From the NCBI GenBank assembly GCA_965224085.1, contig CBDCYI010000009.1:768001-832000 (forward strand): DNA of 64,000 nt, written 5' to 3'. The stretch is from Candidatus Marinacidobacterales bacterium. Its GTDB lineage: Bacteria > Acidobacteriota > Vicinamibacteria > Marinacidobacterales > SMYC01. Within the stretch, counting starts at the first letter, position 1. Each line of letters starts with the position of its first letter. A model generated the notes under the pieces. The model had not been told where the DNA came from and did not search any database. It was given only the letters and a program-made list of their open reading frames with translations. The position numbers were made by a program, and so were the translations under genes. Positions 60,837-64,000 of this stretch are shown in pieces.

Positions 60837-61429
60837 CGACGAGAAACGAGAAAATCGACGAGAGACGCCATGGCCTTTCCCCGGTGGCTGACTCCGTTCT
60901 TTTGCTCCGCCGTCAGCTCGGCCATCGTCGCGCCGAATGATGGATAGAAAAAGATAGGGTCGTACCCGAAACCACCGTCGCCCGAAGGCTCGGTCGCGAT
61001 ACGGCCTTCGCACGTGGCTTCGCTCACGAAGACGACGCTTTGTTTCTCGACGAGGGCGACGGCGCTCACGTAGCGAGCGGTGCGCTCGGTTTCGGGCGCC
61101 TCGCTCAAAATCTCGAGCACGCGCGCGTTCTTGACGTCATACGGTGTGTCATGACCGAGCCATCTAGCCGAATGCACACCGGGTTCGCCGTCGAGAAAGT
61201 CGACAACGAGCCCCGAATCCTCGCCGAGCGTCGCGAGCCGGGTGGCTTGATGGTAGTAGAGCGCTTTCGCGACAGCGTTGTCGCGGAAAGTCGGTCCGGG
61301 CTCTTGGGGAGGCTCGAGCTCCGGCAGCTCGGAGAGCGTGACGACCTCGATCTCGAGGCCGACATTTTCGAGAGATTTCCGCTGCTCACGGATCTTCCCC
61401 TGGCTCATCGTCGCGAGAAGGAGCTTCAC
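60833..61429 (-). CDS. rdgB: Non-canonical purine NTP pyrophosphatase (RdgB/HAM1)
   Basis: [26 protein letters not shown]. Confidence 0.93.
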   Translation of the reverse strand: MKLLLATMSQGKIREQRKSLENVGLEIEVVTLSELPELEPPQEPGPTFRDNAVAKALYYHQATRLATLGEDSGLVVDFLDGEPGVHSARWLGHDTPYDVKNARVLEILSEAPETERTARYVSAVALVEKQSVVFVSEATCEGRIATEPSGDGGFGYDPIFFYPSFGATMAELTAEQKNGVSHRGKAMASLVDFLVSRR

Positions 61430-62145
61430 TCGCCGAGAATCTCGCGCTGGCATCGGACGATATCGTGGATGCCGCGCGCGGCGAGCGCGAGCATTTTCTC
61501 GAGAGTGCCTTGCGAGAAAGGGCTCGACTCCGCGGTGCCTTGGATCTCGATGAACTCGCCCGAGCCTGTCATCACGACGTTCATGTCGACGTCGGCCCGC
61601 GAGTCCTCGTGATAGTTGAGGTCGAGAATAGCGTCTCCGTCGAACACCCCGACGCTCGTCGCGGCGACGTGCTCACGGATCGGCACGCTCGCGATCTTGC
61701 CCGCTTCTTTCGCGGCGCGCAGCGCGAGCGCGAGCGCGACAAACGCACCGGAGATCGAAGCGGTCCGCGTCCCACCATCGGCCTGCATCACATCGCAGTC
61801 AATCCAAACCGTGCGCTCACCGAACTTGGGAAGATCGATGACGCCTCGGAGTGAGCGTCCGATGAGCCGTTGAATTTCCTGGGTCCTCCCGGAGACCTTT
61901 CCGCGCACCGACTCGCGCGGGATACGCTCCTTCGACGATCGAGGCAACATCCCATATTCCGCAGTGACCCAACCGGTTCCGCGGCCCTTCAAGAATGGAG
62001 GGACACGGTCTTCGAGCGTGGCGGCGCAGATCACTTTGGTGTCTCCCACGGTGATCAGGACGGAGCCTTCGGCATGTTTCAGAAAATTGGGCGTGATCGT
62101 AAGAGGCCGGGCTTCGTCGCTCCGGCGATTGTCAACTCGCTTCAT
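61426..62145 (-). CDS. rph: Ribonuclease PH
   Basis: [39 protein letters not shown]. Confidence 0.97.
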   Translation of the reverse strand: MKRVDNRRSDEARPLTITPNFLKHAEGSVLITVGDTKVICAATLEDRVPPFLKGRGTGWVTAEYGMLPRSSKERIPRESVRGKVSGRTQEIQRLIGRSLRGVIDLPKFGERTVWIDCDVMQADGGTRTASISGAFVALALALRAAKEAGKIASVPIREHVAATSVGVFDGDAILDLNYHEDSRADVDMNVVMTGSGEFIEIQGTAESSPFSQGTLEKMLALAARGIHDIVRCQREILGE

Positions 62146-62773
62146 TGTTGCGGGACTCGCTGCGCTCGGACTTCGGTCGCAGATAATCGGGAGCGCGTCC
62201 GTACGGGATGGTGAGATCGAGATGTCCCGCTATGCTTTGAATCTCCCGGCCCTCCACCAGGATCTTGACCGTCTTGATGATGGGGAAGTTCACTACGAGG
62301 GTGTGTGACAAACCAAACACGGTCAGCTCTTCGGCCGAGGTACCTCCGGGGTGGTCCTGTACGAGCTCGGGAGAAAAGTCGATATAGGCCACGCCCTGCG
62401 ACGTGATGAAAACCTCTCGAACTTCGACGCCACCAGGGAAAGAAGCGGAGCGCCGCACGAGAAGCTCGACGACCTGACGAACCTGTTTCTGCACCGAGTC
62501 TTCGAGCTGAATCTCTTGTTCCTCGGTCGCTAGGCTCTGGCCTGAACCGTCGGGAACATAGAGCATGATTTGAAAGCCGCCGGCGGCAGGCGCGGGCTGG
62601 CTCGCTTCCATGCTCGCTTCGGCCGCCGCGGCCTCGGGTCGATTCGGAGTTGTCTCGGGTGCTGCGGTCGGCTCGGAAACCGGCTGGCCTAGAAGCCAGA
62701 GCGTCGCGTAGACCGCCGCGACGATCATAGTCACCGCCATCGTCGCCGCGATGAGGACACCCTTACGGCTCAC
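62132..62773 (-). CDS. GerMN domain protein
   Basis: TM anchor; [29 protein letters not shown]. Confidence 0.85.
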   Translation of the reverse strand: MSRKGVLIAATMAVTMIVAAVYATLWLLGQPVSEPTAAPETTPNRPEAAAAEASMEASQPAPAAGGFQIMLYVPDGSGQSLATEEQEIQLEDSVQKQVRQVVELLVRRSASFPGGVEVREVFITSQGVAYIDFSPELVQDHPGGTSAEELTVFGLSHTLVVNFPIIKTVKILVEGREIQSIAGHLDLTIPYGRAPDYLRPKSERSESRNNEAS

Positions 62774-64000
62774 CGTTGGCTCCGGCGCGTACGGTCGCCG
62801 CTACCTCCGCGCTCGAAACTGTCTTTGTATCTTATGAGGCCGCGATAGAGAGCCTCCGCCAGCCTATTCTGGTAGTCCGCCGAGCTCAGAAGCCGTTCTT
62901 CTTCCGCGTTCGAGATGAAGCCGACTTCGACGAGCACGGCCGGCATCGTCGCGCCCTTCAAGACACGAAAGGTGTTCTGCTTGATACCACGGTTCACGCT
63001 CTCCGTCACCGTCACCGCCCGGAGCTCCTCTTGCATAATCTCGGCGAGTTGTGACGATTGGCGCAAGTGGGACGCCTGCGCCATGTCCCAAAGAATAAAG
63101 TCGAGGTCGTCGCCGCCGCTTGACGCGTTCTGTGCGGTGGACGAATAGGACAGGAAGTACACCGACGAGCCTCTCGCATTGCGACGCGGCGAGGCATCCG
63201 CGTGGACGCTGATGAACAAGTCCGACTTGTTGGTGTTTGCGAAGGCCGCACGCTCGTCGAGCGAAAGGTCGCGGTCCCCATCGCGCGTCAAGATCACGCG
63301 GATCCCGAGACGCGTTTGCAGCAATTGTCGAAAGCGCCGGCAAATCGACAGCACGACGCCTTTTTCGAGAGTGCCGCCTTGGCCTTCCGCCCCCGTCTCG
63401 GCACCGCCATGGCCGGGATCGAGTGTCACAATCCGAAGCCTTGCCGGACCATCCGGGTCGGAAGGAAGCTCTAATGGCGCAGCGGGAAGGTGATAGTCCT
63501 CGGGAAGCTCGATGATCTCGGCGTTGGGGTTGAGCTCGCCCTCGCCGCTCTCGTCCGTGAGGTCGCCTTCCGCATCCTCATGTTCGGGGTCTTTGGGCTG
63601 TGACAAGACCCACTCGAACTCGTCCGTCAGGCCCCTCCTGCGATTCGGGACGCGGCTACGGACCAGGTTCAAAACGATACCGTTGCCGCTCGGCTCTGTC
63701 CTGAGGCTTCCGTAGTGCTCACCCAGCTCCACGACGAGCACGTAGGTGGACTCTCTCTTTTCGAGCGAGATACGCTCGACGACGTCGTCGATGTTAGCTT
63801 CGCCGCGATAACTCGTTTGGAGAAAGGGCGTGTCGAGCGTGACACGAATGACGCTCTCGGCCTCGTCCTCCTCAATCGCGAGGGGTACCACGCGATCGGA
63901 TTCGAGAAAGACGCGGGTGAAGGTCGGTGTGTGGCGGGATCGAACCTCCACTTCGGGAAAGTCGTCGCCGAGGATCAGCATCCGATCGCGGCCACGATAG
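62770..64000 (-). CDS. N-acetylmuramoyl-L-alanine amidase (Amidase_3), 5'-partial
   Basis: LDPGHGG, EK, SVHAD, PAVLVEVGFISN. Confidence 0.92.
   Translation of the reverse strand, partial: YRGRDRMLILGDDFPEVEVRSRHTPTFTRVFLESDRVVPLAIEEDEAESVIRVTLDTPFLQTSYRGEANIDDVVERISLEKRESTYVLVVELGEHYGSLRTEPSGNGIVLNLVRSRVPNRRRGLTDEFEWVLSQPKDPEHEDAEGDLTDESGEGELNPNAEIIELPEDYHLPAAPLELPSDPDGPARLRIVTLDPGHGGAETGAEGQGGTLEKGVVLSICRRFRQLLQTRLGIRVILTRDGDRDLSLDERAAFANTNKSDLFISVHADASPRRNARGSSVYFLSYSSTAQNASSGGDDLDFILWDMAQASHLRQSSQLAEIMQEELRAVTVTESVNRGIKQNTFRVLKGATMPAVLVEVGFISNAEEERLLSSADYQNRLAEALYRGLIRYKDSFERGGSGDRTRRSQR

Overview
A GC-rich bacterial chromosomal window. Gene order (phoH-HD-ybeY-corC-era...mgtE-recO-glyQS-mutL; amidase-GerMN-rph-rdgB-tRNA cluster) plus TonB, YfhO-like and PEP-CTERM genes would fit Acidobacteriota, but that is inference only. 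A conserved core (aspS to mutL, garR, rlmN, rph, rdgB, four tRNAs) alternates with eroded accessory tracts. Mobile elements are three near-identical 1088-bp IS5-family (IS903-group) copies with no target duplications, two tnpA-only IS200/IS605 elements, an IS6, an ISNCY with a 6-bp TSD, and IS3, IS1182, IS1595 and rve remnants. More than ten genes are truncated, frameshifted or fused. The most interesting signals are an IS-disrupted Cyc2-like cytochrome-porin, three exported metallopeptidase-fold proteins lacking canonical metal ligands, a sigma54/PEP-box-type surface-protein island beside the tRNAs that includes a gingipain-like chimera, and a SNF2 helicase/kinase-tail chimera. I found no CRISPR array, reverse transcriptase, integron integrase or intact defence system, and no clearly complete novel system. 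All family calls come from motif recognition by eye.
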